A stretch of 64,000 nt of DNA from a virus: positions 28,464 to 92,463 of the IMG/VR virus record IMGVR_UViG_3300047160_019164, one strand, 5' to 3'. Shown here piece after piece: positions 27,801-36,903 of this stretch. The position numbers and the translations under genes are program-made. The notes beneath the pieces are model-generated. The model ran no database searches, was not told where the DNA came from, and worked only from the letters and a program-made list of their open reading frames with translations. The number at the start of each line of letters is the position of its first letter. Positions within the stretch are counted from its first letter, which is position 1.

Positions 27801-28309
27801 TGCGCAAGCGACTCGTCGAGACCCCCTTCGGCAGCTCCGACCGCACGGCGCCGTGCGGTGGGGAACCGGCCACGCCAGGACTCCGCAAACGCGTCCAGAC
27901 GCACGAACCGCCCGTTGCTCCGGCCAACGCCCAAAGACGCGCCACGGAGGCAGCTATGGGGGGCGCGCTGGCCGATATCGATGCCGACATCGTGCGGCTT
28001 AGGGACCAGCTCGGCGTCGGGTTCGCCATCACGGTGGTGGCGCCCATCAACGCGCCAGGGTTCGAGACGTGTCGTATCGGCTTGAGCTGGCACCGGCTCA
28101 GCGCGTTGCAGGCGCACCTCCCTACGGCCACGCGCATCACCTTCGTGTCCACGCTGCGCGCGGGACTCGACTACATGTTCGAGTACGAGAAGCGCGTGGA
28201 CCGCGACGGCGAAGAGGCGACGCACCGTTGGCACCTAGAACAGCGCACCATCCGCGAGAAGGAGATGGACCGCCTCATCGAAGAGGTGAGGAAGGTGCGT
28301 GCGCGATGA
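27800..28309 (+). CDS. Hypothetical protein (contains the palindrome in frame)
   Basis: TGATG coupling; GAAAGG RBS. Confidence 0.55.
   Translation: MRKRLVETPFGSSDRTAPCGGEPATPGLRKRVQTHEPPVAPANAQRRATEAAMGGALADIDADIVRLRDQLGVGFAITVVAPINAPGFETCRIGLSWHRLSALQAHLPTATRITFVSTLRAGLDYMFEYEKRVDRDGEEATHRWHLEQRTIREKEMDRLIEEVRKVRAR
27840..27859. repeat. Palindrome copy 8 (coding)
   Basis: 20-bp core. Confidence 0.9.
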
Positions 28310-28542
28310 GCAGCCCCATCACCATCGATCATTCCAAGCGCACCACTCCGTGCAACCCGACGTGCCAGCACCCGCTCTGTAAGTGGCTCATGAAGGAGCA
28401 ACGTATGCAGAAGGCACGGGCACTCGCGGAGCGGATCAAGAGCGTGAATCTGTACTGCGAACCGGGTGACCACTTCGACAATTCAGTTTCAGCCATCTAC
28501 ATGTGCGTCGACGCGTTGGTGAAGCTCGTCGAGGAGAGCTAG
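28306..28542 (+). CDS. Hypothetical protein
   Basis: ATGA coupling. Confidence 0.5.
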   Translation: MSSPITIDHSKRTTPCNPTCQHPLCKWLMKEQRMQKARALAERIKSVNLYCEPGDHFDNSVSAIYMCVDALVKLVEES

Positions 28543-28613
28543 CGATTGGTCAAGCCGGTAAGTGGGATGACGTCGGTGATCGCCGATCCTGTACATGAAT
28601 GGTCGAGTAGCCA

Positions 28614-29465
28614 ATGATGACCGAGACGAAACGTCGTGAGCTCGCGAAGCGGGTGGAGAACGATGTACGCGCGTCCTTCTCGATGAAGATCGGCTCCCTC
28701 TTCTCAGGCATCGGCGGCTTTGAGCTTGGCCTTGAGCGTGCCGGTCTCGGGAAGGTCGTCTACCAGGTCGAGATCGATCCGTTCCGTCGCGAGATCCTCG
28801 CGCGTCACTGGCCGAACGTGCGGAGGTACGTCGATGTCGAAAAGGTCGAGAAGGATGTCGGAAGCGAAGGATACGGGATCGGCTCCCTCCCCCGCGTTGA
28901 CGTCGTCTGTGGAGGTTTCCCTTGCCAGGACGTTTCGTCCGCGAACGTCCGTTCCCGGAAGCGTCTCGACGGACGAAAGAGTGGGCTCTGGAGAGAGTTT
29001 TTCCGCGTCATCCTCCGTCTCTGCGACCCGAACGTCCACGGAGGCTTTCGCCGGCCGATCTTCATCTTCGTCGAGAATGTCGGCTCGACGTGGCGTGACT
29101 GGTTGCCCGTCGTGCGGGGCGACCTTGGACGACTCGGGTACACCAGCCTGCCTCTACGCCTGTCCCCCGCGACTCTCGGCGCACCTCACCACCGAGATCG
29201 AGTCTTCGTCGTCGCGTGCTCGTTGGCCGACGCCGACGCGGAAAGCGAATTGCTTCGCACCGTCGATGCGGAAGTGGCCCGCATACAGGCGGATGCAGGA
29301 CGACTTGAGAGTCACTGGAGGAAGCCCTTCGCCGGCCCTGTTCGAGTGGATGATGGGGTTTCCCGACGGATGGACCGCGTAGCGGCCCTCGGCGACTCCG
29401 TCGTCCCTCAGGTGGCCGAGATGCTAGGGCGCGCCGTTGTGACTTCTTTCGCGATGTTACGATGA
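28614..29465 (+). CDS. C5-cytosine DNA methyltransferase, large (alpha) polypeptide; alternative start at 28683
   Basis: Motif I FSGIGG, IV GGFPCQD, VI ENV, VIII HHRDRVFVV, X LGDSVVPQVA. Confidence 0.9.
   Translation: MMTETKRRELAKRVENDVRASFSMKIGSLFSGIGGFELGLERAGLGKVVYQVEIDPFRREILARHWPNVRRYVDVEKVEKDVGSEGYGIGSLPRVDVVCGGFPCQDVSSANVRSRKRLDGRKSGLWREFFRVILRLCDPNVHGGFRRPIFIFVENVGSTWRDWLPVVRGDLGRLGYTSLPLRLSPATLGAPHHRDRVFVVACSLADADAESELLRTVDAEVARIQADAGRLESHWRKPFAGPVRVDDGVSRRMDRVAALGDSVVPQVAEMLGRAVVTSFAMLR
28720..29382 (+). CDS. Putative nested small (beta) subunit of the C5-MTase in an alternative frame; true start possibly ATG29077
   Basis: Ends 'WPTPT...PSPALFEWMMGFPDGWT', a motif IX-like segment absent from the main frame. 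Confidence 0.65.
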   Translation: MSLALSVPVSGRSSTRSRSIRSVARSSRVTGRTCGGTSMSKRSRRMSEAKDTGSAPSPALTSSVEVSLARTFRPRTSVPGSVSTDERVGSGESFSASSSVSATRTSTEAFAGRSSSSSRMSARRGVTGCPSCGATLDDSGTPACLYACPPRLSAHLTTEIESSSSRARWPTPTRKANCFAPSMRKWPAYRRMQDDLRVTGGSPSPALFEWMMGFPDGWTA

Positions 29466-29959
29466 CCGCATGCGCCCCGGCATCCGACGATGCATGACCG
29501 TCATCGCACTCCTCCCGCTTCTCGTCGCAATGACTGGTGTGCTCACGTACGCGCTCGCGTCCAACACCAAGATCGCAGACATCGGACGCATCGCGTTCGC
29601 CTGCGGCCTTCTGGCGTTTCTGCTCATTTCCGGGCCCTCGCTCGGTGTGGTGCACGTGCGCTAGACTCGTCTGCATGTCGGACGTGTCGGTCATCAAGTA
29701 CGTGGCACGCGCGAAGTGGGGCGGGCGCTCGTGGAAGAAGAAGTTCGCGTCTAACTCCGACGCGAACACCGAGATGGCGAAGCAACGCGCCTACCCGAAC
29801 CCGAAGTTGGAGCGCGTGTACCAGCTCTACAACGCACCGGGTGATGTGACGTACGACCTATGGATTCGCGGTAGCTGAGCGTGGTCGCGGCATAACCTGC
29901 CGTATGCAATCGCTCTTCCAGAACCCATTCCCAGTGGACCGTCACGTGCAGGTGTACCC

Positions 29960-30322
29960 GTGAGCGGCGACAAGAAGTGCAAGGGTGTGGAGCACATCAC
30001 CATCCATGGTGCGCTACCCAAGCGGGTCGAGCGCTCGGACGGGGTGGGTGAGTTGACCTGGGAAGACATGAAGATCACGTGGGCGGTCTACCCACCGCGT
30101 GAGGTGCAGAAGTCTGCGGCCGAGAAGCCCATGCTCGTGCGACCCATTCGCATCAAGTGTGTATTTACACACGACGATGACGAAGAGTACGAGGCCATGG
30201 GTGAGCACTTCATGGACGCCATCGCCTTCGCGCGCATCGCGAAGGAGGATTGGCCGGCCAAGTGCGTCGAGCTAGCCAAAGCTACTGTGAAGAGCGCCAT
30301 CGAGTCGCAGCGGATGAACTGA
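29960..30322 (+). CDS. Hypothetical protein
   Basis: ORF with phage-typical codon usage. Confidence 0.55.
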   Translation: MSGDKKCKGVEHITIHGALPKRVERSDGVGELTWEDMKITWAVYPPREVQKSAAEKPMLVRPIRIKCVFTHDDDEEYEAMGEHFMDAIAFARIAKEDWPAKCVELAKATVKSAIESQRMN

Positions 30323-30412
30323 TGAAGCGCAAGGACGGGCGGCAAGAGACGGAGATATCGACCGCTCATCCCCGACAATGAAGACGTCGCGGCGGCGCTC
30401 TTCTACGGTGCA

Positions 30413-31039
30413 TTGGCGCTGGTGAAGTTGGCAGAGTCCGACCCCGATATGAAGGCGCTCGATATTCTCGAGAAGGTCATGAAGTCAGAGACGAAACGGC
30501 GCGAGACTGCGCAGGAAGAGAAGCCCGTGGACAAGTTCTCGTACAAACAATTGCAAGAAGAGCAACGTGTGTGGGTCGCTCACAACTTCCCTGGTCGTAA
30601 ATCGCACCAACCGCTCCTCGGTATCTTCGAGGAATTCGGTGAGCTGGAAGTGGCGCTCAACGACGCCAACGCCGAAGAGATCGCCGACGCACTCGCCGAC
30701 ATCACGATCTTCTCGTCCGACTTCGCGAGTGCGATGGGGTGGGACTTCGAAGCGGTCATGGCTGAAGTGGACGCGGCGCCGTGCTCGTTGCTGCCGTCGA
30801 AGTTGATTCGAACGTTCGGGCAGCTCTCGCACGCCTTGCTCAAGATGGAGCAAGGCATTCGCAAGAGTGAAGACCACAACGGCAACGCGCGTCGGATGTT
30901 GGTGGAATTGCTCCAACACGTGCGCATGGCGAGTGACTACAACCAATTCCCATCACTTCTCGATCTCGTCGAGGTCACGTGGTCGCGTGTGCGGAAGCGC
31001 GACTGGAAGAAGGACGCAGTACACGCCGGCGAGGTGTAG
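30413..31039 (+). CDS. MazG-like nucleotide pyrophosphohydrolase
   Basis: 'LGIFEEFGEL..EEIADALADITIF'. Confidence 0.75.
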   Translation: MALVKLAESDPDMKALDILEKVMKSETKRRETAQEEKPVDKFSYKQLQEEQRVWVAHNFPGRKSHQPLLGIFEEFGELEVALNDANAEEIADALADITIFSSDFASAMGWDFEAVMAEVDAAPCSLLPSKLIRTFGQLSHALLKMEQGIRKSEDHNGNARRMLVELLQHVRMASDYNQFPSLLDLVEVTWSRVRKRDWKKDAVHAGEV

Positions 31040-31040
31040 A

Positions 31041-31862
31041 ATGAACGTTGTCACCAAGCAATCGCAACCGCTCGCCAACACATACGCGGGCTCCCTCATC
31101 AAGCTCTTCGATCACGGCAGTATCCAGCTCGTCGACTCGTGGGGGTCGGACGAGCGGATCATCGAAGCCGCGCGCATGTCGACGGGGAAGGGGTTCCTCG
31201 GGTGGGGACCGCGCTGCCCGCACGGGAACAAGTTCGGCGAGTGCTTGCGAGATGCTGCCTGCGCGTCGGGTACGTGCGAGACAACACCAGGTGACGAGAA
31301 GCTCCTCGCGTACCTCTGGAAGAACAAGCACGCAACGCCGTTCGAGATGGTGGGTGTAACCATCGAAGTGCAGGCGCCCATCTTCGTGTTCCGAGAGTGG
31401 CATCGGCACCGTGTGCCGTTCGGCTACAACGAGCTGAGCGCGCGCTACACGCCGCTTCCCGACTTCAACTACGTGCCCACCGTGGATCGGCTCACGGGTC
31501 CGCCCGATGCCAAGAACAAGCAAGCCGGTACGCACGATGGGGTTCCGCGCATCAGCGACGAGGCCACTGCGCGCACGTGGCTCGCCGAGCTGCGGCAGCT
31601 CTACGAGCACGCGGAACGCGTGTACCAGGAAGGGCTCGCCATCGGCGTGCCGAAGGAGTTGGCACGTCTCCCGGTGCCCGTGGGTCGCTACAGCCGCATG
31701 CGCGCGACAGGCAACTTGCGCGGATGGTTGGCCTTCCTCGCACTTCGTGACCACAAGTCGGCTCAGGAAGAGATTCGTACCTTCGCGTACGCGCTCGGCG
31801 AGCACATCCTGACGCCGCTCTTCCCCCGTTCCATGAAGCTGTTTAACGAAGGGCGTACGTGA
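31041..31862 (+). CDS. thyX: Flavin-dependent thymidylate synthase
   Basis: 'AARMS', 'HATPFE', 'REWHRHR..NELSARY', 'ELARL..P', 'AQEEIR'. Confidence 0.93.
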   Translation: MNVVTKQSQPLANTYAGSLIKLFDHGSIQLVDSWGSDERIIEAARMSTGKGFLGWGPRCPHGNKFGECLRDAACASGTCETTPGDEKLLAYLWKNKHATPFEMVGVTIEVQAPIFVFREWHRHRVPFGYNELSARYTPLPDFNYVPTVDRLTGPPDAKNKQAGTHDGVPRISDEATARTWLAELRQLYEHAERVYQEGLAIGVPKELARLPVPVGRYSRMRATGNLRGWLAFLALRDHKSAQEEIRTFAYALGEHILTPLFPRSMKLFNEGRT

Positions 31863-32182
31863 TGGGCGAAGCCAAGGAACGCGCCAAGCTCGGCATCGTC
31901 CCCGACGAGACCGCACGGCGCCGTGCGGTGGAGGAGTTGCCCTTCGAGACCTACGCGCGCAAGCCGCGCGAAGTGCGTGCGCACCAGATGGAGGAAGACA
32001 CCCTCATCGGGAAAGTGCGGCTGCGGAAAGGCGACTACGTTGTGCTGTGGGAGGGACAACTCATGCCCTTCGACCGTGAGACCTTCGAGATGGAGTATGC
32101 TCGCAAGAAGGAGACCTCTGATGATCGTCAAGACGAAGAAGGGGTATGGCGCATCGCGAAGCTCCGCGGAGACGCGCTATGA
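31859..32182 (+). CDS. Hypothetical protein (contains the palindrome in frame)
   Basis: Coupled ORF; 'TLIG..KGDYVV..FE..Y'. Confidence 0.55.
   Translation: MMGEAKERAKLGIVPDETARRRAVEELPFETYARKPREVRAHQMEEDTLIGKVRLRKGDYVVLWEGQLMPFDRETFEMEYARKKETSDDRQDEEGVWRIAKLRGDAL
31910..31929. repeat. Palindrome copy 9 (coding)
   Basis: 20-bp core. Confidence 0.9.
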
Positions 32183-32372
32183 GCATTCGCTGGCTCGTCA
32201 ACGCCTCCGGCATCTCGCACCTGTTCGGCCTGAACATGAGCGTGGAACGTGGCCGCGCGGTCGAACGGTCGGCATGCGGGCGCGTGAAGTTGGCGGAGGA
32301 TATGGAGCCTGAACAGGCTGGCGACCTACGATGCGCGGCGTGCTGGCACGTGGTGGAGATGGGGACGATGCG

Positions 32373-33170
32373 ATGATCAAACGGAGTGAGCTGCTACGTA
32401 ATGGTCTGGCGAAAGTGTTCGCTCCAGGCACGCGCGCAGACACCATGACAGCTATCTGCTCGGCGTTCGGCGCGCCCATGGAAGTCGAGTATCGTGGCGA
32501 GCAACTCGTCATTACGCCGGCGACGTCCAATTGGTTCAACGACGCCATCGCCGAGGCCGAACGCGAAGAACGATTGGCCGCCGACGACCGCGTGCGATGT
32601 GTCCTACTCGACCAGATTCTAGACGGCGACGAACGCGCGTTGACCATCGTGCCGGCCGAGATGTGGACGCGGCTGTCCGACGTTCGGAACGGCACGCGTG
32701 ACCAGATTCGGCGCGAGGAAGCGGCGAAGGCGCGACGTGGCGTGACGACCCCGCTGGACGTGGCTATGGGTGACACGCTGGAACGGATGGGTTCGCATGT
32801 TGGCATCAGGCGCGAGCGCATGTGGGTGCCTCGCCCGCTCGAATTCAATCTTGACGAAGCCGATGCAAACAAGCCGACCCCGCCGGCGCAAACCCGCATG
32901 GAGACAGACGACGAGTTGCGCGAGCGGATTCGCACGGCTGAATTGTATGCCATCGAAACGGTCGCAACGCGTCCACAGGCAACGGTCATGCGTCCGGACC
33001 CGCTGACTGATTGGGTTCGCCAGCAACGCGAGGCGCGCATCCAGGCTCGCATGCGCGAACGAATCGACCACGACTACCCTGGTCTACTGGCGCAGGCCGA
33101 TTCGGGCGACCCGATTGCGATTGACAGAGTGCGCACCATCGTGGCAGGCATGCCGCGGGCGGATTGGTGA
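32373..33170 (+). CDS. Hypothetical protein
   Basis: Long ORF with ATGA coupling. Confidence 0.5.
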   Translation: MIKRSELLRNGLAKVFAPGTRADTMTAICSAFGAPMEVEYRGEQLVITPATSNWFNDAIAEAEREERLAADDRVRCVLLDQILDGDERALTIVPAEMWTRLSDVRNGTRDQIRREEAAKARRGVTTPLDVAMGDTLERMGSHVGIRRERMWVPRPLEFNLDEADANKPTPPAQTRMETDDELRERIRTAELYAIETVATRPQATVMRPDPLTDWVRQQREARIQARMRERIDHDYPGLLAQADSGDPIAIDRVRTIVAGMPRADW

Positions 33171-33201
33171 TGACCAACTACGCGCGACGGAGGAACGCAC
33201 G

Positions 33202-33528
33202 ATGAGCGACTGCCAAGCCACCCCACCGCGTGCCGACTGCTGCGGGCCCTACGGTTCGAGCGACGGCCCGCACGATTGCTGCCCTACGTGCGTGCGCATC
33301 CACGAGGAGAAGCCGCACCTCGACTGCCAGTGCGGTGATGCGGACTGCCCAGGCCGCGATCGCTCGTTCCTGATTTCGGAGGTTGCTCGCTATCAGGTCA
33401 AGAGCGAGAGCGGTGACAAGAACCTCTCCTCGAATGACCTGACCGAAGAGGAAGCCAAGAAGCGTTTGGCGGAAGTCGAATACTTCAAGAAGAAGACGAA
33501 TGGCGCTCGCGCATTCGCCAAGAAGTGA
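33202..33528 (+). CDS. Hypothetical protein, Cys-rich N-terminus
   Basis: GGAGG RBS. Confidence 0.5.
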   Translation: MSDCQATPPRADCCGPYGSSDGPHDCCPTCVRIHEEKPHLDCQCGDADCPGRDRSFLISEVARYQVKSESGDKNLSSNDLTEEEAKKRLAEVEYFKKKTNGARAFAKK

Positions 33529-33638
33529 GTAGCATTCCCATGCTCGCATTCATCAAGCGCATCGAAGCCAAGGTCGACGAGTCACTGCACTTGCTCCGAC
33601 TGGTCGTCTCGATGCTCACCAACGAAAGGCAATTCATC

Positions 33639-33863
33639 ATGAGCGCCCTCGACGATCTCGAGAAGCAAGTCCAGGCCAACACCGACGCGGAGGCTTCGGC
33701 CGTCGCGCTCATCAAGGGGCTCGCCGAGCAGGTGGCGCAGGCCGCTTCCGACCCGGCCAAGGTCACCGCGCTCGCTGCCAAGCTCAAGGCGTCGGCCGAC
33801 GCGCTCGGTGCTGCGGTCTTCGCGAACACGCCCGCGGCGCCCGCACCGGCGACCCCGGCCTGA
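33639..33863 (+). CDS. Ala-rich small helical protein
   Basis: GAAAGG RBS; strongly biased codons. Confidence 0.6.
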   Translation: MSALDDLEKQVQANTDAEASAVALIKGLAEQVAQAASDPAKVTALAAKLKASADALGAAVFANTPAAPAPATPA

Positions 33864-33870
33864 TGTTCTC

Positions 33871-33894
33871 CCACCGCACGGCGCCGTGCGGTGG
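33871..33894. repeat. Palindrome copy 10 (3 nt upstream of the tRNA)
   Basis: Perfect 24-mer. Confidence 0.95.
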
Positions 33895-33897
33895 CAT

Positions 33898-33971
33898 TGC
33901 GCGGTAGAGCAACGGCAGCTCGCTAGGGGTTCATACCCTGGAAGTAGGAGGTTCGATTCCTCCCCGCGCGA
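33898..33971 (+). tRNA. Met-like tRNA with an atypical anticodon arm (CAT or TCA register)
   Basis: Acceptor TGCGCGG/CCGCGCG; D-arm GAGC/GCTC; T-arm GGAGG-TTCGATT-CCTCC; anticodon arm CTAGGG-GTTCATA-CCCTGG. Confidence 0.8.
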
Positions 33972-33997
33972 CCGTCGGGAAGTTGCGCTCCCGACTC

Positions 33998-34048
33998 GAA
34001 GCCCCTTCTCGCGAGATGGCTCATCCCCACTCTGCGAGAAGGGGCTTC
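33998..34048. other. Long inverted repeat downstream of the tRNA
   Basis: GAAGCCCCTTCTCGC ... GCGAGAAGGGGCTTC. Confidence 0.6.
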
Positions 34049-34073
34049 ACCTTTGGAGCGGCATAACCTCATC

Positions 34074-34466
34074 ATGCCCAAACTGAAGGTGCGATTCGAG
34101 ATCGACTGGTCCGGTGGCGACATGGCCAAGGCTCGTCTTCTGAACGAGCTGCAACGGCTCTACCCCGATGCCGTCAACATGCAGGTGCAGACCGAGGACA
34201 AGTCGGACCACCCTATCGACACCAGCATTCTCGCAGTCACCAAACACCTGACCAAGCTGCCCACCGAACCCTTCTCGAAGGTGAAGAAGTCGGTCGAGGA
34301 ATTTGATCGTCTGTGGTGCCTCTACATCGAGATGATGGCGTCGGCTTATCTCGCCGAGACGGACATCCCAGCGACCGACGTGGAGCTGGTGTGCGAGCAC
34401 GGTAGCGGGCTCGACGACTTCGTCATGCGGGCACGGTTTCGGCGTCTCGAAAAGGAGAAGGTCTGA
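34074..34466 (+). CDS. Hypothetical protein
   Basis: ATG 6 nt after a GCGGCATAAC motif. Confidence 0.6.
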   Translation: MPKLKVRFEIDWSGGDMAKARLLNELQRLYPDAVNMQVQTEDKSDHPIDTSILAVTKHLTKLPTEPFSKVKKSVEEFDRLWCLYIEMMASAYLAETDIPATDVELVCEHGSGLDDFVMRARFRRLEKEKV

Positions 34467-34886
34467 TAAACACCGACGTTGTGACGTTCAGACACTCGCT
34501 TTACCCCAAGGCCATCAAGCACTCGGCGCGCGGTAGCCGACGTTTCCTATGCACGTGCGGGAAGCTCCACCACTGGCCTCAAGGTGAGAACCCCGGAAGA
34601 GCGCTCCCGCTGCATCAACGCGTCATCCGTTGCAAGTGTGGCCAGGAGCACGTGCGCTGATGCAGGGAGAAGCCCAACGACTGAGCGGTCCCTAACCCCC
34701 CGAGTGAAGGAGACGAACGAACATGAAGATCCGCATGACCATTGCTAAGAAGATCCGCAAGCTCGCCGACGCCATCGACGGTAGTGAGACGCTTCACTTC
34801 TTCGAGTGGCGCCTGCGCGACTTGCAAGAGCGCGTGGAGAAGCTCGAGACCTTCGTGCGCACGGGTCGCCAACAAGGTGACCGATC

Positions 34887-35435
34887 GTGAAGGGCACACG
34901 AGCCGCAACGAATGCAGTGCTCATCTCCATGCTGGAGACGGAGTTGCAGTCCTACAACGCCGAAGCCGAGAAGGTCACTGTCAATATTCAGTATTGGGTC
35001 GTGGACACGGACCAGGACCAGCTCACCGTCACTATCGATGTTTTGCTGAAGAACGGTCCTATGCTTGACCACGAAGAGCACAAGGAAGGAATCCGCAAGC
35101 GAGCAATCGGCCTGTGCCATCCGCACGTGCCAGCGTCCGTCGTCATTCATTGGGACGTGCGGCTGTGGTGTCGCAACGAAGAGAACGCCATGCAGTTGCG
35201 CGCCAAGAGCGTCCACTGGCGCACGATGCTCGATGCCATCCTCCAAGGTGACGTCGCCACGCTGAAGAAGATGCAGGTGGAGCTTCACGAAGAGATGACC
35301 AAGCTGATGGACGAGGGGCGCGGCTTCGTTTTCAAGAAGCGCGTCAATCGCAACGCGCAGACCGAGGCTCACTTCCCCGTCGGACCCGATGGTGAATTCA
35401 CGTGGGTCGATTCGGACGAGAAGGTCGGGTCGTGA
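34887..35435 (+). CDS. Hypothetical protein
   Basis: Coupled ORF. Confidence 0.55.
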   Translation: MKGTRAATNAVLISMLETELQSYNAEAEKVTVNIQYWVVDTDQDQLTVTIDVLLKNGPMLDHEEHKEGIRKRAIGLCHPHVPASVVIHWDVRLWCRNEENAMQLRAKSVHWRTMLDAILQGDVATLKKMQVELHEEMTKLMDEGRGFVFKKRVNRNAQTEAHFPVGPDGEFTWVDSDEKVGS

Positions 35436-36151
35436 ACAAGCCAGCAAGGATCGGGAAGGGCCCGGTGACGCTCCTTCCCGACGTCCACGTGATGAAGGCC
35501 GGGAAGTCCGTTGCGTCGTTCGAGCTTATCGACCGCACGCCTAGAGCCGCCGACGCGTTCGCGCCGCTTGCTCATGCGCGCGCCGAAGCGAAACGCGTCG
35601 GCGGAACGCTCTTCGTCTCGGACGAGACGACGCTCGATTCATGGGCGTACGCACAGATCGGAGAGGCGCCGCGGCGCATCGCGCGTCTGCTCGTTCTCGG
35701 TCCTGCGTTCGTTCGACGTCTTGCACTCATCGCAGAGTGGTGTGCGCGCGACATCACCCCGCGGGCGCTCGAAGCCGCTGCGCTCGAATTCGACGCCACG
35801 GGCAAGCGCGGGCTCGCGAAGCACGCGCTTGCCTTACGTAAGCAGGCGCAGCGCCTCCGAGCGCTGAAAACGATATCGTGGCAGTCCATTCGATCAACGA
35901 GGGCGGCGGAGGCGGCGGAGGCGGCGGCAGAGGTGGCGGAGGTGGCGGAGGAGGCAGCGGAGGTGGCGGAGGTGGCGGAGGTGGCGGAGGAGTCGACGGC
36001 TAATCGCCATTGGGCGATTCGTCGGGCACGGTGGGTCGTTGGCTACGTCGGACGCACGTTCGCGGTCACGCTCGCGATCCCTGGCGTCGACCATGTCGCG
36101 CTCGGGATCTCGGCCGGTGACCTAATCGCGCGATTGGAGTCGGTCTCGTGA
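35432..36151 (+). CDS. Hypothetical protein with a low-complexity AEV repeat
   Basis: GTGA coupling. Confidence 0.5.
   Translation: MNKPARIGKGPVTLLPDVHVMKAGKSVASFELIDRTPRAADAFAPLAHARAEAKRVGGTLFVSDETTLDSWAYAQIGEAPRRIARLLVLGPAFVRRLALIAEWCARDITPRALEAAALEFDATGKRGLAKHALALRKQAQRLRALKTISWQSIRSTRAAEAAEAAAEVAEVAEEAAEVAEVAEVAEESTANRHWAIRRARWVVGYVGRTFAVTLAIPGVDHVALGISAGDLIARLESVS
35902..35992 (+). repeat. Degenerate 9-bp microsatellite (GCGGAGGTG)n
   Basis: Encodes AAEAAEAAAEVAEVAEEAAEVAEVAEVAEE. Confidence 0.85.
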
Positions 36152-36250
36152 TGGCCACCCGACATCAAGTACTCGACCTGATGTGCAAGTAGGCTCATAC
36201 TCCCAAGAGCAGTAAGAAGAACACTCTGTTCCTATAGAGGGAGTCGGCAA

Positions 36251-36841
36251 GTGCGTTGTGATGGTGCGAAGCCGGGGGAAAAGCGGGCGAAGGGACGGAG
36301 GAAAGTCCACTATTCCAAGGCAGAAAAGGCACAGCACCGTGCGCTCGTCGAGGCGATGCTTATCGAGGCGGGTACTCCGAGCGTGGTGCAGTTCCAGGCG
36401 ACGCTCCGCAAGGGCAACCCGGATCTCAACCTGCCGCCGATGTTCCTGTCACGGTCGTACATCGCGAGGATCATCGAGAGGATCGCCGAGCAGTGGCAGC
36501 GCGAGTCCATGCAGGACAACGGCATCGCGCGCGCTTCGCAGGTACGGCGCATGCGCCGTTACCGTGACCGTGCATTGCGCGAGAAGGACTTCCGAGCGGC
36601 AGTGGGTTTCGAGAAGGAGATCGCTAAGCTCCAGGGCAACTACGCGCCCATCAAGTTGCAGGTTGACCTTGTGCAAACGCAGGCGATGCAATTGATGCTC
36701 GGCGGACTCAGTGCGGAAGACTTGGCAAAGCAGCTCGAGGTCGCGCGCAGGATGGCCACCGATGCTCAACGTCTGCGCGCACTCGAGGAAGGCGCGTTAG
36801 TGGTGCCTGCGGAAGAACCCACGCGCGACTCTGCGGAGTAA
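36251..36841 (+). CDS. Putative terminase small subunit
   Basis: Immediately upstream of terL; helical, 'A...KDFRAA..EKEIAKLQG' pattern. Confidence 0.6.
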   Translation: MRCDGAKPGEKRAKGRRKVHYSKAEKAQHRALVEAMLIEAGTPSVVQFQATLRKGNPDLNLPPMFLSRSYIARIIERIAEQWQRESMQDNGIARASQVRRMRRYRDRALREKDFRAAVGFEKEIAKLQGNYAPIKLQVDLVQTQAMQLMLGGLSAEDLAKQLEVARRMATDAQRLRALEEGALVVPAEEPTRDSAE

Positions 36842-36843
36842 CT

Positions 36844-36865
36844 CACCGCACGGCGCCGTGCGGTG
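36844..36865. repeat. Palindrome copy 11 (between terS and terL)
   Basis: 22-bp core. Confidence 0.95.
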
Positions 36866-36903
36866 GCTTCGCCGTTGGTCTTGCGGTTACACTTCGCAGG
36901 GCA

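Noticed and set aside
33898-33971. Selenocysteine tRNA
   Set aside because: Lacks the long variable arm and extended acceptor stem
35902-35992. GCGGAGGTG repeat as a contingency or diversity locus
   Set aside because: In-frame low-complexity helix-coding repeat; unit changes would not shift the frame, and no RT/DGR elements are present
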